IMG/VR virus record: IMGVR_UViG_3300009514_000001
Location: 1 to 64,000 of that record
DNA: 64,000 nt
Direction: 5' to 3' (one strand)
Shown here: piece after piece, positions 47,484 through 57,860 of the stretch
How the letters are laid out: each line of letters starts with the position of its first letter
Numbering within the stretch: the stretch's first letter is position 1
Program-made: the position numbers and the translations under genes
Notes under the pieces: model-generated
Database searches by the model: none
What the model was told of the DNA's origin: nothing
The model's input: the letters and a program-made list of their open reading frames with translations, nothing else

Positions 47484-48371
47484 GTGTCATCAGTACGCAT
47501 TCCCGAACCCCACGAAATCGACCTCGTTCTCTACCACGCCGGCTGCACAGACGGCTTCACAGCAGCCTGGGCAGCCTGGGAGGTCCTCGGCGACAAGGCC
47601 GAGTACATCCACGTCCAGTACGGGTCCGACCCGCCAGACGTCGAGGGACGCAAGGTCGCCGTCGTCGACTTCAGCTACCCCCGGGAGCAGCTCCAGGAGA
47701 TGGCCTCGAAGGCAGAGGCCCTCGTCGTCCTGGACCACCACAAGACGGCGGAAGCTCAGCTCCACGGCCTCGACTACGCCCGGTTCGACATGGACAAGTC
47801 CGGCGCTGTCCTCTCCTGGGAGTTCTTCCACCCCGGCAAGACGGTTCCTCCGGGTGTCCTCTACGTCCAGGACCAAGACCTCTGGCAGTGGGAGATGGCT
47901 GACTCCAAGGAGTTCTCGGCCGGCCTCGGCCTCCGGGAGTTCGAGTTCGAGGTGTGGCGAAAGGTCATGTATGACTCCTGGGAGGTCACCGACGAGGGGG
48001 TCATCATCCTCAAGTACGTCGACAACCAGGCCTCCCGCCTGGCGAAGAAGGCGGTCTTGGTCGAGATCAACGGACAGCGGATGTGGATGGTCAACGCCAC
48101 CAACCACGCCAGCGAGATTGGCCATCTCCTGTGTGCTCGCGAGGATGACGTCGGGGTCGCAATGATTTGGTTCTACGAGGCCCAGAAGAGTAGGGCACGG
48201 GTGTGCTCTCTTCGGTCTCGCAAGGGCGGGGTTGATGTGGGTGCCTTCGCGGCCTCGTTCCGCAAAGACAACCCGGAGAAGGTACTCTCGGGGGGTGGTC
48301 ACCAGGCAGCCGCAGGGTTCGTCTGGAAAGGTCCTATCGAGGACCTGGTCACCTTCATTGATGACGAGTGA
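47484..48371 (+). CDS. DHH/DHHA1 phosphoesterase (NrnB-like)
   Basis: YHAGCTDG, VVDFSY, LDHHKT, DQDLW, SLRS and GGGHQAAAGF. Confidence 0.9.
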   Translation: MSSVRIPEPHEIDLVLYHAGCTDGFTAAWAAWEVLGDKAEYIHVQYGSDPPDVEGRKVAVVDFSYPREQLQEMASKAEALVVLDHHKTAEAQLHGLDYARFDMDKSGAVLSWEFFHPGKTVPPGVLYVQDQDLWQWEMADSKEFSAGLGLREFEFEVWRKVMYDSWEVTDEGVIILKYVDNQASRLAKKAVLVEINGQRMWMVNATNHASEIGHLLCAREDDVGVAMIWFYEAQKSRARVCSLRSRKGGVDVGAFAASFRKDNPEKVLSGGGHQAAAGFVWKGPIEDLVTFIDDE

Positions 48372-48378
48372 GCGAACG

Positions 48379-49580
48379 ATGGACAGGCTGCACCACTACG
48401 GACGAGATGACTCCGGGGCTCTCTACGAGCTGGCGGTAATCTCTCGTCGTAGGGGTGACCGGGCGCCTTGGGGCGTCGCTGTCAGCCGTCTCGTCGTTCT
48501 TGAGCAGTGGAATCTGCTCGCCGATGCCTTTTTGGGGAGTCCACTTCCCTGGCTCCGGTCGTATTATCCAGTAACAGGGCGCTGTGCCTCCTCATGGAAA
48601 GTGGCAGCACGGTGCCTCCGGGCCCTAGAAGGCCCGGACTGGTGGCTCTGGCTCCAACAGCATTCACTGGACTCTTGCGTCGCCGGTATCCTACATGGCG
48701 ACGACCGGGACCTCAGCGAGGCTGTCAGGGCCGACTGGAACCGGCTTCTTGCCGAAGGCGTCAGCCAAAGGATTCTCGCCAAGGGCAAGAGAGGACCGGT
48801 TCTCTGGGTTCGAGTCCCAGTTCCTTCACTGGACACGAGGATGCGATGAAACACGTTCTGCCCGAAGACACGACCGAGAAAGAGTTCCCCCGCCAGTTGG
48901 CCGCCATCCTGGCGAAAGCCTCGGACGGTGACGAGATCGAGCTGCCGACCAATGAGCTGTGCCAGGTGGCCGCCGAGACCCTCAGGGAGGACTACCCCAA
49001 CAAGCAGAATATCCGCCTGATCAGCCAAGAACCAATTCCCGTGTTCCAAGCCCCGGGCGGCGGACCCATGGTGCTCATCGGACCACCGCCGTGGCTCCAG
49101 GGAGAGGGAGACAACGACACTCCCCTGGCCGGCTCACCTCTCAGAGACTACGACGCCTGGATTCAAAAGCTCCAGGAGGACGGCCGGGTCCCAAGCGAAG
49201 AGGACGTCCAGGAGTGGCGGGAAAGGGAGGCGAGCATCCGAGGCCACGAGACCTGGATGGCCGGCTGGTTCGACAGCATGATTCACGGGTTCATCATGGC
49301 GGGCAGGGAGGAAGGGACCAACGAGTTCCTCGACCGAACCCGCGTCCTTGTCCACCAGAGCGCCCTCGTTGTAGGACACCTGATGGAACTGGCTCGCCAG
49401 GCTGCCAACCGGGAGGAAGGAAAGGGACCCGAAGTCCTTCAGGAGCTTCGGGACCTGATGCGCGACGGTATCCGTTCGGGCATCTCGGACACCTCCAACT
49501 GCCAGTGCCCGAGCTGCGTTCAGCGACGCGAGGAAGAAGCCCGCGCCGCCGAAGCCGCTCTGGATGAGGATGGGGATTGA
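48379..49580 (+). CDS. Two hypothetical ORFs (48379-48849, 48846-49580)
   Basis: ATGA coupling. Confidence 0.55.
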
Positions 49581-49589
49581 CAGGTTGTC

Positions 49590-49734
49590 GCAGAGTCCGC
49601 GCGAGCGGAGATGAGCCCGACCCCTGCTGCGGGACCGGTGGGATGCTCGCGCCTACCCCACATGCGTGGGGATGAGCCCGTACCCTGGTCTGATGCGAAG
49701 CCCGAGTCCGCTCCGCACACGCGGAGATGATCCC
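49590..49734 (+). CRISPR. Degenerate type I-E-like mini-array: 3 repeats of 29 bp, spacers of 32 and 26 bp
   Basis: Repeats at 49590-49618, 49651-49679 and 49706-49734, each 5 nt + 6-bp stem + 4-nt loop + stem + ATGA(G/T)CCC. Confidence 0.65.
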
Positions 49735-49737
49735 CTC

Positions 49738-50766
49738 CTAGAGGTCGCCGAAGATTTGGCCCCACCAGGGAGCGATATCCCACTTGGTCTTCACCACATG
49801 GTGGTGGCCGATGACACCGCGGAACGTGCTGGCTCCGCCTTTGCCCGTGAGAGCCTCACGGGGGATGACCCCGTGGTAGGGCTCGCCCGTCTCCTCCAGG
49901 CCGTCCTTGCCCCTGGGGATGCGGAACGGGATGCCGAGCGCGGCACAGAGGTCCTCTGTCAGCTCCCTGGCCGCCTTGGCCAGTCGGGGCTCCAGGGTGA
50001 CGATCTTGTCTCGACCCCGAGGATTGGGGTTGTCGACCAGCTCGACGTTCCACCCCTTCTTCTTGAGCTTCTTGAGCCACTTCTCCGTCGGCTGCTGACA
50101 GATGTCCAGACCGACGGACCGGCTGTTGGCCCCCGCCGCGTGCCAGGCCCGGTGGATGGTGTCTAGGAACTGGTAGAAGTAGACCTGGTCCTCCGCGACC
50201 TGCAAGTCCAGGCCGCCGTGGGAGGACACGTTGCGCTTGTCCGAGACGATGTTGCCCTTCTTGTCGAACTTGGCGTTCTCGAAGACGTTGAACAGGGACT
50301 GGGCTGAAAAGGCGCCCCAGTGCCAGACGATGTAGTCGATGCCCTGACCCAGCTTACGGCCCTCGTTGTAGTCCTTCTCCCGGTGCAGGTCGAGGCCGCC
50401 CCCATCATTGAAGTTGATGAACTGGTAGCTGCGGCCCTCGGGAAGGGCGATCTCCTGTCCGTCGTGAATCAGACGGTTCACCCACGGACCCACTTGTTTG
50501 AGGTGGTCGCCGTAGTTGTCCTTGATGGCCCTCCAGGTCCCGTTACCGAGTTTGCCGTCCCAGTCCTCCTCGTCCTCGAACACGGCCCTCTGGATGTCGT
50601 GGACGGCCTCGGCGAACGCGAGACTACTCGGGTCCTGGGCAAGGTCTGGAAAGGCCTCCAGAGCCGCAAGGGGCATCTTGTCGTAGAAGTTCAGCTTGGC
50701 TTCGGCGCGCTCGTTGAAGTCGGCGGCCTTCTTCGGGTCGTACCCGAATTCCATCAGGTCACTCAT
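49738..50766 (-). CDS. N-acetylmuramoyl-L-alanine amidase (endolysin-like) with a PG-binding motif
   Basis: DGKLGNGTW, IVWHW, VSSH, RAWHA..AN.RSVGLDI and GHHHV..TKWD. Confidence 0.8.
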   Translation of the reverse strand: MSDLMEFGYDPKKAADFNERAEAKLNFYDKMPLAALEAFPDLAQDPSSLAFAEAVHDIQRAVFEDEEDWDGKLGNGTWRAIKDNYGDHLKQVGPWVNRLIHDGQEIALPEGRSYQFINFNDGGGLDLHREKDYNEGRKLGQGIDYIVWHWGAFSAQSLFNVFENAKFDKKGNIVSDKRNVSSHGGLDLQVAEDQVYFYQFLDTIHRAWHAAGANSRSVGLDICQQPTEKWLKKLKKKGWNVELVDNPNPRGRDKIVTLEPRLAKAARELTEDLCAALGIPFRIPRGKDGLEETGEPYHGVIPREALTGKGGASTFRGVIGHHHVVKTKWDIAPWWGQIFGDL

Positions 50767-50771
50767 CTCTC

Positions 50772-51272
50772 TCACCCTCGTTGGAGTTCTCGGAGGCTCT
50801 TCAGACGGTACTCGTCGAAGAGTCTCCATACGGGATCGACATAGGGGCGGACGAGAACCCTCTCCGCCTCCTCACGAGTTTCTACTCCTGGCTTGACTCT
50901 CTGCCTGGCCATGAAATAGAAGCTATAGGCAACCTCCGGACTAGACTGACACCAGACAACGACCGGCAACCCTTCGAGCCGAATGTCGTCGGTGTCGGGA
51001 ACCCGGAATAGGGCTCTCGCCGTGGCTGCTACCTCAGCCGAACTGTAGTGCTTAGGTCTCTCCTCCTCGTAGAGGTCAAAGAGAGGACGCCAGACACCCT
51101 CCTCGTAGGGTGACGCCAGATAGTTCGCCCCATGGGCAAGCCAGAAGGTGTAGCGGCCGTCCTTGACGAAGGCGTCGACCTTGGTCTTTGACAGTATACC
51201 CTTCCGAGGAGGTCTCCGTGACCGGACCCGGTCCTTGCGCTTCCTCTGTTTCTTGCGCTTCTGTCTGCCCAT
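50772..51272 (-). CDS. Hypothetical protein with a basic N-terminus
   Basis: 166-aa ORF. Confidence 0.5.
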   Translation of the reverse strand: MGRQKRKKQRKRKDRVRSRRPPRKGILSKTKVDAFVKDGRYTFWLAHGANYLASPYEEGVWRPLFDLYEEERPKHYSSAEVAATARALFRVPDTDDIRLEGLPVVVWCQSSPEVAYSFYFMARQRVKPGVETREEAERVLVRPYVDPVWRLFDEYRLKSLRELQRG

Positions 51273-51455
51273 GACTTTCCGTCAGCAGATTGTTGAGTGC
51301 GTGGCGGCTCGCCACCTAATCCTCAAAACAACCCACCACCCATCCCTCGAATTACCCCTCTCCACCTTACCCACCTTAGACACCGCCACGCACTCCTCTC
51401 GTTGTTCCTTCGATACTTGCGCCTAGCGTAGTCGACCTCAGAGGAGCGTACCCAG

Positions 51456-51812
51456 ATGAAACTACTCAGGCCCTCCCGTTGCAGCCAGTGCGGACGCACC
51501 ATCCAGGTTCCAGGGCGCGGTTCCTACCGCATCGCCTGTGAGTGTGGCCACCTCAACGAATACCGCGGCACCCCCTCCCGGAAGTGGGAGAAGCCAACGC
51601 CTCCGCGAGAGCCGGCCCCCAGGATTGTGCCCGAGCCTCGACCGGCACCGGAGCCGGAACCAGAGCCTCTCCCCGAGTGGAACAGCAGGATGCTCAAGGC
51701 CGAGCTGTTCACCACCGCCACGGAGTGGTCCCTGGATGTCAGCACTGACAGCACCAAGGCAGAAATCATCGAGGCCCTCAAAGACCTCGAAGCCAGCCGG
51801 AGCGGAGAATGA
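51456..51812 (+). CDS. Small protein: Zn ribbon + Pro-rich linker + SAP/HeH-like helix pair
   Basis: CxxC..CxC, PEPE linker and KAEL..A....V....TKAEIIEAL. Confidence 0.55.
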   Translation: MKLLRPSRCSQCGRTIQVPGRGSYRIACECGHLNEYRGTPSRKWEKPTPPREPAPRIVPEPRPAPEPEPEPLPEWNSRMLKAELFTTATEWSLDVSTDSTKAEIIEALKDLEASRSGE

Positions 51813-54768
51813 CAGCCATGAATCCTCGCCTCCAACTGGAGAGGTTGTCGCAAAAGGTCTCGCGTGAGTTCCTCCGGGCTCTTGACCGGGACGAGTACGA
51901 GGAGGCTAACAACATTCTGCGGGAGTTCTCTCGCAAGGCCCTTCCTATCCTGCAATCTCTCGACAAGGAGTTGACTGGAAGGAACGATAGCAGACTCACG
52001 GAGAAAGGACTGTATGAGGCCTTGTTCGAAGGGTCCGGCTCCTATGTCTACTACCTGAGCGACGGGGGCTACAGCCGGTTGGTGTTTGACATCATGCAGA
52101 CAATGGGCTCCTCTTCGCTCCCGTTTGGCATCGAAAGAGGCCTGGCAACAGCCAGGACGCTCTCCCGTTGGGACGAGATGAGAAAGGCGAGCGGAGGTCT
52201 TCTGGCCGAGCTTGAGAGGAGAGTGGAAGCTCTCCTCTCTGAGGCGGAAAGTAGGGAGGGCAAAATCACCTACGAGGAAGCCAAAGAGATAGGAGGACCC
52301 TTCAAGGAGTGGTTCCTGGCCACATTCCTCATCGAGAGGAGTACCACCCCGAGGGGAGGAAAGAAGGTCAAGGAAGAGGCAAGGAAACTCCTCTGGGCGC
52401 TGACGAACGGCATCTACATAGGAGGGGGGTGGACAATCCAATCGGTCCGCGCCGCTTGGGGACAATTCCGGCCTCTGGCACCCACCCTTGTCAAGCTCTT
52501 CTCAGATGAAGGGAAAGACAAGGACCACCTCCGCGAGAAGAAGACCTCCCTCGCGACCTACGTCAACCAAAGGGGGTTGTCGAACAAGACCTTCCTCAAG
52601 TACGTGGGGGTTATCGAAGCCGTCATAGGCAACCTCAAAGGGTGGCGCCGCAAGGCCCTGGGGAGGGGATTGAGAGTCATCCTCGCCAGTCCCGACCACT
52701 TTCGCGGAACAGCCTCCGGGAAATATCGAAGAGAGGAGGATGCTCTCTACGTTCGAGCCACGCCCAAGGTCCTGAAGAGGACTTCTGGGGCGTATGCGTC
52801 CCCCGAATACATCATCGTCCACGAACTGGGTCACAGGTACGAGTACAAACAGCGAGTCCCCCTGGACTTCGACAGGACCCCTTGGACAACAACCAGGTAC
52901 TCCCGCACGGAAGGCGAGGCCTTCGCGGAACTGTTCGCTCTCGGCCACTTCGGATATCCAGAGTACAGCGACATCCTAGTCAAGTTTGAGGAAGTCATGA
53001 CGGGGAAGAAAAAGAGGCGAGCAACGATGGGCCCCAGAGCAATCGCCCGTAGCATCGCCGAGCGTCTCTCCTGCGGACCTCACCCATGCCAGTGTGGTGG
53101 GGCCTGTCAGTGTGGCGGCACCTGCCGGTCCAAGGGCGCCGACCAGGCCAAGGACGCTGAGCAGATGGTCTACTTCGACGCTGACCACATCGACGTCGAC
53201 GTGACCATCGGTGAGGTCGAAATCGAGAACAAGGGTGGACAGCCGGACATGATAGGCGGATTAAAGGGGGAGTACTACGGAGACATCCCGTTCTCCGAAA
53301 CTTACGGAGACTTGGGTGCCAAGCTCCAGTTCGGTTCCTGTTTCAATGAGGTTGCCCAGGCGGAAAATAGCTTGGTTCTCGCTAGTAATAACCACCCTTG
53401 CGACGGCGGATTTTACGGTTGTGAACCAACCCCCTATCCGCCCAGGACTCACGTCCTCTCCGCAGGCTGTAACACCGATGAACTACCGGCTGAGCCCAAA
53501 CATAGAGACCCTGTCAGACCTCGTCAAGGGGACTCCTGGAAGCTCGCCGGCTGGGATCGAGGTCTCACTGTGGACCAGGTCGAGTTGAAGCTCTCCTACG
53601 CCGACAGAGAGGCCTACGTCCCTTTTGTACCGGGCGCTCGACCTGACCTGCAAGACCAGCAGGAAGAGCGCCCTTTCAACGAGTACATCCACCCCGACGC
53701 CCTCCCGAACGACGACGAGAGCGAGGCTCACCCAGCCACTCCGACGCCGGCGGAGGTCCTCATTCGCAAGGCATCAGCCGGCAGAGTCAGACCCTACCTC
53801 CTCAAGTACCTGAAGATTCTCGGCGAGAAGATTCGCCCTAAGATCAAGATTCGGGGTCGAGGTGGTTGGGCCAAACCCTGTGGACCAGCAGAGATCCTGG
53901 CACCACCACGATTGTCCTCCAGAAGCGCATCCTCGACGACCCGTCCACCCTGGAAAGGGTCGTTGCCCATGAGGTGGTCCACCACGTTGAGTTCATGAGC
54001 GTGGCGCGGGAAGACATCAAGAGGATGAAGTACCATCCCGAGCACGGGAAAATGTTCCTGGATTTGGCTGCCAAGGTAAATGCAGCGATGGGCTCCGGCT
54101 TCGTGACCGTCACATCAGACCAGACATACGTCGAGACTGAGAACACCCGCGAGTTCTACCTCCTGGTAGAACCTCTCCCCTACAGAGGAGAGACCCGATA
54201 CGGCTGGGCGTGGGGAGCCAGGATGACCAAGCGCACCAAGGCGAAGGTGGAGCGCTCCATAAGGAGTGGTGGGAAGCTGGTTCGGACCCGGGATGGACGG
54301 TGGCTAAACGGGGCCAAGCTCAGTCAAGGGGGGTACTCCCTTGCCAAGCCGGGAAGCCCCGAGGAAGATGAGATCAAACACATCCTGGGCATCAAGCCGG
54401 AAAAGCACGCCAGTGCCAGGAGAACGGTGGTTCTGCCCAAGGGTTTCCGCAAGGCGGTCGAGAAGCACGCCAGTGGCGTGTTCGTCATCCTGGGTGGCAA
54501 GAAGTACAAGCTCGTCAAGAAGGGTCACAGCGGAGCCTGGGAGGTCGAGGGAGTGCCCGGTCGACGAGGCGGCGGTCCTCATGTCGGCGAGAGATACATG
54601 CTCAGGGCCAAGCCCTCAAACACGATGTTGTCAGCCTCCCCAGGTGAGTCCCGGACGCCGAGGAGAGTCTACCTCTCCCCGACGACAAGCCGAGGCACGG
54701 CAGACAGGGGGAGCGACGAGAAGGTCTACTTCCCGTTCGACGAGATGGTCCTCTTGCTTCCTCGCTAG
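51809..54768 (+). CDS. Large multi-domain protein with two HExxH zincin motifs, apparently split by a frameshift near 53866
   Basis: IVHELGHR in ORF 51809-53998; VAHEVVHH in ORF 53866-54768. Confidence 0.55.
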
Positions 54769-56747
54769 ATCCCTAACAGGTCCATCAGCTCATCGACCTG
54801 GCGTTGCTCCTCGGGGCTCATGGACTTGCGCTCCACTTCTTCGACCACGGTCTTGATGGCCTTCGGAGAGACCGTCGGGGCCACGTCTGGCTGCGGGAAC
54901 TTGGTCACTCGACCTGTGTGGAAGTGGAACTCCACCGGGACCGGGATGCGGAGCTTCTCAGCGATGGCCAGACGGTGGTTGCCTTCGGCGACCTTGGCAG
55001 AGCCGTCACGGCCGATGTGGAAGTGCAGCGGCTCCTTCGGGTTCCACCCGTTGCGCCGCATGTCCTCCACCAGAGCGTCCCACTTCATTGGTCCTTCGAG
55101 CCAGACGCTCTTGCCCCCGACCTTGGCGTAGCCTGAGCGGCTGTTATCTCGGGTCCAGCGATACTCCTTGTGAGGGGCCATCTCCCGAGGCTTGAACGGT
55201 TGGGGCATCGAATCGTCGAGAGCCTTATCTCCGTCCTCGGACCATCGTCGGATGACCTCGTCGACGGACACGCCGCGGCGGAGACGGTAGTAACCGGCCA
55301 CCCGCTGCATGTACTCGCCGGCGACCCTCTGGGCCATCTGGGACTGAATCAGCTCATCATTCTCCCGTTCTATCCAGAGACGTCGGACCCCATCCAGAAG
55401 TTTATGGGAGGGGTAGCTCTGCCCAAGCTGTTTGGGGGTCGTGCCCATTGCGTTACAGAAGTCGACCAACCACTGCGAGCGCTTTGCGGCGTACCCAGGG
55501 TCCCTCCCGTAGGGCCCGAAACAGAACTCGAAAACCGCTCGCATCTCCTCGGGGTGAGGGGGCCGCCCCCAGACCAGATTGTACTCGGTGATGATTCTGC
55601 CCAGGGCGTCGCCCATGATGTCGGCCGGACCATCGCCGTTGTACATCGCCTCATCGGCAGGGTCGACACCTGGGAAGGCGTTGAGCAGGCCACCCTTGTC
55701 GACCGGCGGAGGGGAGATGCCTGGGTTGCCCGGTGTGATGGCCCACCAGCCGGCGACCTTGTTCGCCAGTCTCCTCTCACCCTCGGCGACCAACTCCATG
55801 CTCTTGACTGGGGCCGGCTCGACGCCGACAACCTGGTAGTCCCGGAGACGACCTCGGTCGAGCGTCTTCATGAGGCTCTGCTCATTGATGACCACCCGCC
55901 ACAGGTCGCGAATCTCGCCGCCTCCCAGGTCGCTGGCGATGCCGTAGGCCCGGTCGGCGTCCGTCGTCAGGAAGATGCCTGGAGGAACCGTCCGTGCGTT
56001 CTCGTAGTGGCGCCTGTCACGCGTCGGGCGGGCCGTCCATAGGAGGAGCCACTTGCCAGGCTTCGAGGTGCTCCCAGGGCTCTCCAGCTCCCTCACGAGG
56101 CCGAAGTAGTCTGACTCGTCTGCGGAGTTCTGGAAGAAGTAGGAGTCCTGGCCCTCCAGGACCTCCATCACCACGACCTTGCTACCTTCAAGGTAGGCTG
56201 AGAATCCCATCAGGTCGCCGAGGCGGACATAGCCACCGGTGACCGGAGTGGTCAGGCCCGTCTCCTCATTGTACATCGGCTCGACCACCACATCGTGGAC
56301 GCCGGACCAAGTCTTGAACCGCTTGGTGGCTTTCTCGATGTGGCCCACGAGAGTATCCAGGTTGACCTTGCTCTCGTCGATTACCTTCTGAGCCGAGGGG
56401 CGATAGTTCTCGTAGAGCTGGTCCTCGGTCATGCTAAGCTCTTCGACTCCCTGGAGCTGGTCGAGGTAGTCGTAGACCTTACGCCAGGTGCTGAACAGCT
56501 CCGTGGGGACGCGGTCGAATAGACCCCGGTCCACCACCATCAAGCTGATCTCAGAGGCGTTGCCGTCTCTCAGGGCCTGGGCGTAGTTCGAGCCGATGTG
56601 GGGCTCCAGAAGGTCTGCCAGGTCGACCCCGTTGATGCGGTTCTGACGGAGGCGCTCGTACCTCTTCCAGGCATACCGAGCCCCCTCGGCCAGGTCAGCG
56701 TCCAGGTCGTCGAGGTACTTCTTCGCGTCAATAGTGACTCGGCCCAT
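54765..56747 (-). CDS. Large multi-domain protein with a C-terminal ParB/Srx-like domain
   Basis: LVEDMRRNGW..PL...VAEGNHRLAIA; internal LANKVA and MAQRVA motifs. Confidence 0.6.
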   Translation of the reverse strand: MGRVTIDAKKYLDDLDADLAEGARYAWKRYERLRQNRINGVDLADLLEPHIGSNYAQALRDGNASEISLMVVDRGLFDRVPTELFSTWRKVYDYLDQLQGVEELSMTEDQLYENYRPSAQKVIDESKVNLDTLVGHIEKATKRFKTWSGVHDVVVEPMYNEETGLTTPVTGGYVRLGDLMGFSAYLEGSKVVVMEVLEGQDSYFFQNSADESDYFGLVRELESPGSTSKPGKWLLLWTARPTRDRRHYENARTVPPGIFLTTDADRAYGIASDLGGGEIRDLWRVVINEQSLMKTLDRGRLRDYQVVGVEPAPVKSMELVAEGERRLANKVAGWWAITPGNPGISPPPVDKGGLLNAFPGVDPADEAMYNGDGPADIMGDALGRIITEYNLVWGRPPHPEEMRAVFEFCFGPYGRDPGYAAKRSQWLVDFCNAMGTTPKQLGQSYPSHKLLDGVRRLWIERENDELIQSQMAQRVAGEYMQRVAGYYRLRRGVSVDEVIRRWSEDGDKALDDSMPQPFKPREMAPHKEYRWTRDNSRSGYAKVGGKSVWLEGPMKWDALVEDMRRNGWNPKEPLHFHIGRDGSAKVAEGNHRLAIAEKLRIPVPVEFHFHTGRVTKFPQPDVAPTVSPKAIKTVVEEVERKSMSPEEQRQVDELMDLLGI

Positions 56748-56751
56748 GGCC

Positions 56752-57705
56752 TTAGTCCACGGCAAGGTAGTAGTGGAAGTTAATACCCAGGTCGCTCATG
56801 ACCTTGGTGACGTCGCGGAACGACATCTTGGGGATGTCGGACTCGTTCTGGCGGGCCCACTCGTAGAACTTCTTGGTGCCCGTCCGCTTGCGCTTGCGGG
56901 GGATGGCCGTCGGCTCGTTGATCTTGTCGGTCAGGTCCCTGACCATGAAGCTCTGCGGTTCGGCAACGACCCTGACCTTGGGGCCGGAGACGTCGACAGG
57001 GTCCATCCCTACCGGGTCGATGCGAATGCCCTTGTGAGTGCGTTCGTCGAGCATCAGGCGGTAGCTGAGGCCCAGGACTGACTTGGCCATGCGAAGGGCC
57101 TTCGTGTAGTCCGCCGAGTAGAGAGAGGAGGACACGTAGTCCAGGAGAGCCTTGCCGAGGCCATCCAGGTACGTCTGGGACCCCAAGCTGAACTGGTCGA
57201 CCTTCTTCCCCCGCTTGCCGGCGTAGGTGAGGTCCCAGACCTTCACCCAGTCCGCGAGACGCTGAACGCGGATGCGACCGTTCTCGAACTTCTCCCCGAC
57301 GGCCAGGGGCTTCCCGGTCGCCCGCTGGACCTTCTTGATGAGTTCGGGGTGCCACTGGCCCTGGTCCCGTGTTCCATACTCCAGCTTCCGAAGCTCTCGG
57401 TACTTCTCGAACTCACGGTCGAGACTGCGAGCTTGTCTAAGGATGGGCAGAAGACGATCTCGAAGCTCCGGCTTGGCGTGAGCCAGACGGACCACCTCGT
57501 CGAAGAGGGCGGCCTCCTTGTCCGGCTGCGGATGGATGTCGCGCTTGTCGAAGTCCTCGCGCTCAACACGCTCCTCTCCATCCTTGTCGAGGTCAGCGAC
57601 CTGAGACGCCCGACGACCCAACCAGCTTCCTCTGGCCTCCTTGGTTGGGCCGCTGACCATCTGGTTCACGACTCGGCGAGCAATCTCCCTGGCGTCCATA
57701 TTCAT
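56752..57705 (-). CDS. Hypothetical protein, possibly virion-associated (IARRVV and VRLAHAKPELRDRLLPIL motifs)
   Basis: GGAG RBS; shared motifs. Confidence 0.6.
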   Translation of the reverse strand: MNMDAREIARRVVNQMVSGPTKEARGSWLGRRASQVADLDKDGEERVEREDFDKRDIHPQPDKEAALFDEVVRLAHAKPELRDRLLPILRQARSLDREFEKYRELRKLEYGTRDQGQWHPELIKKVQRATGKPLAVGEKFENGRIRVQRLADWVKVWDLTYAGKRGKKVDQFSLGSQTYLDGLGKALLDYVSSSLYSADYTKALRMAKSVLGLSYRLMLDERTHKGIRIDPVGMDPVDVSGPKVRVVAEPQSFMVRDLTDKINEPTAIPRKRKRTGTKKFYEWARQNESDIPKMSFRDVTKVMSDLGINFHYYLAVD

Positions 57706-57760
57706 CTCCCAATTGGTCCGCACTGGCTGTCCAATACTCCGGTTGTATAGGAGGCATATC

Positions 57761-57860
57761 ATGCCAGCAGATTCCACATTTGAACAACGACGCATCGCCC
57801 GCCGAGTGGCGGACGCCTACTTCAGAGCCCATCCCGCTGCGCCACGTGACAACAGGGCCA
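57761..57860 (+). pseudogene. N-terminus of an IARRVA-motif gene truncated by the IS remnant
   Basis: GGAGG RBS; MPADSTFEQRRIARRVADAYF runs into tnpB-derived sequence. Confidence 0.5.
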
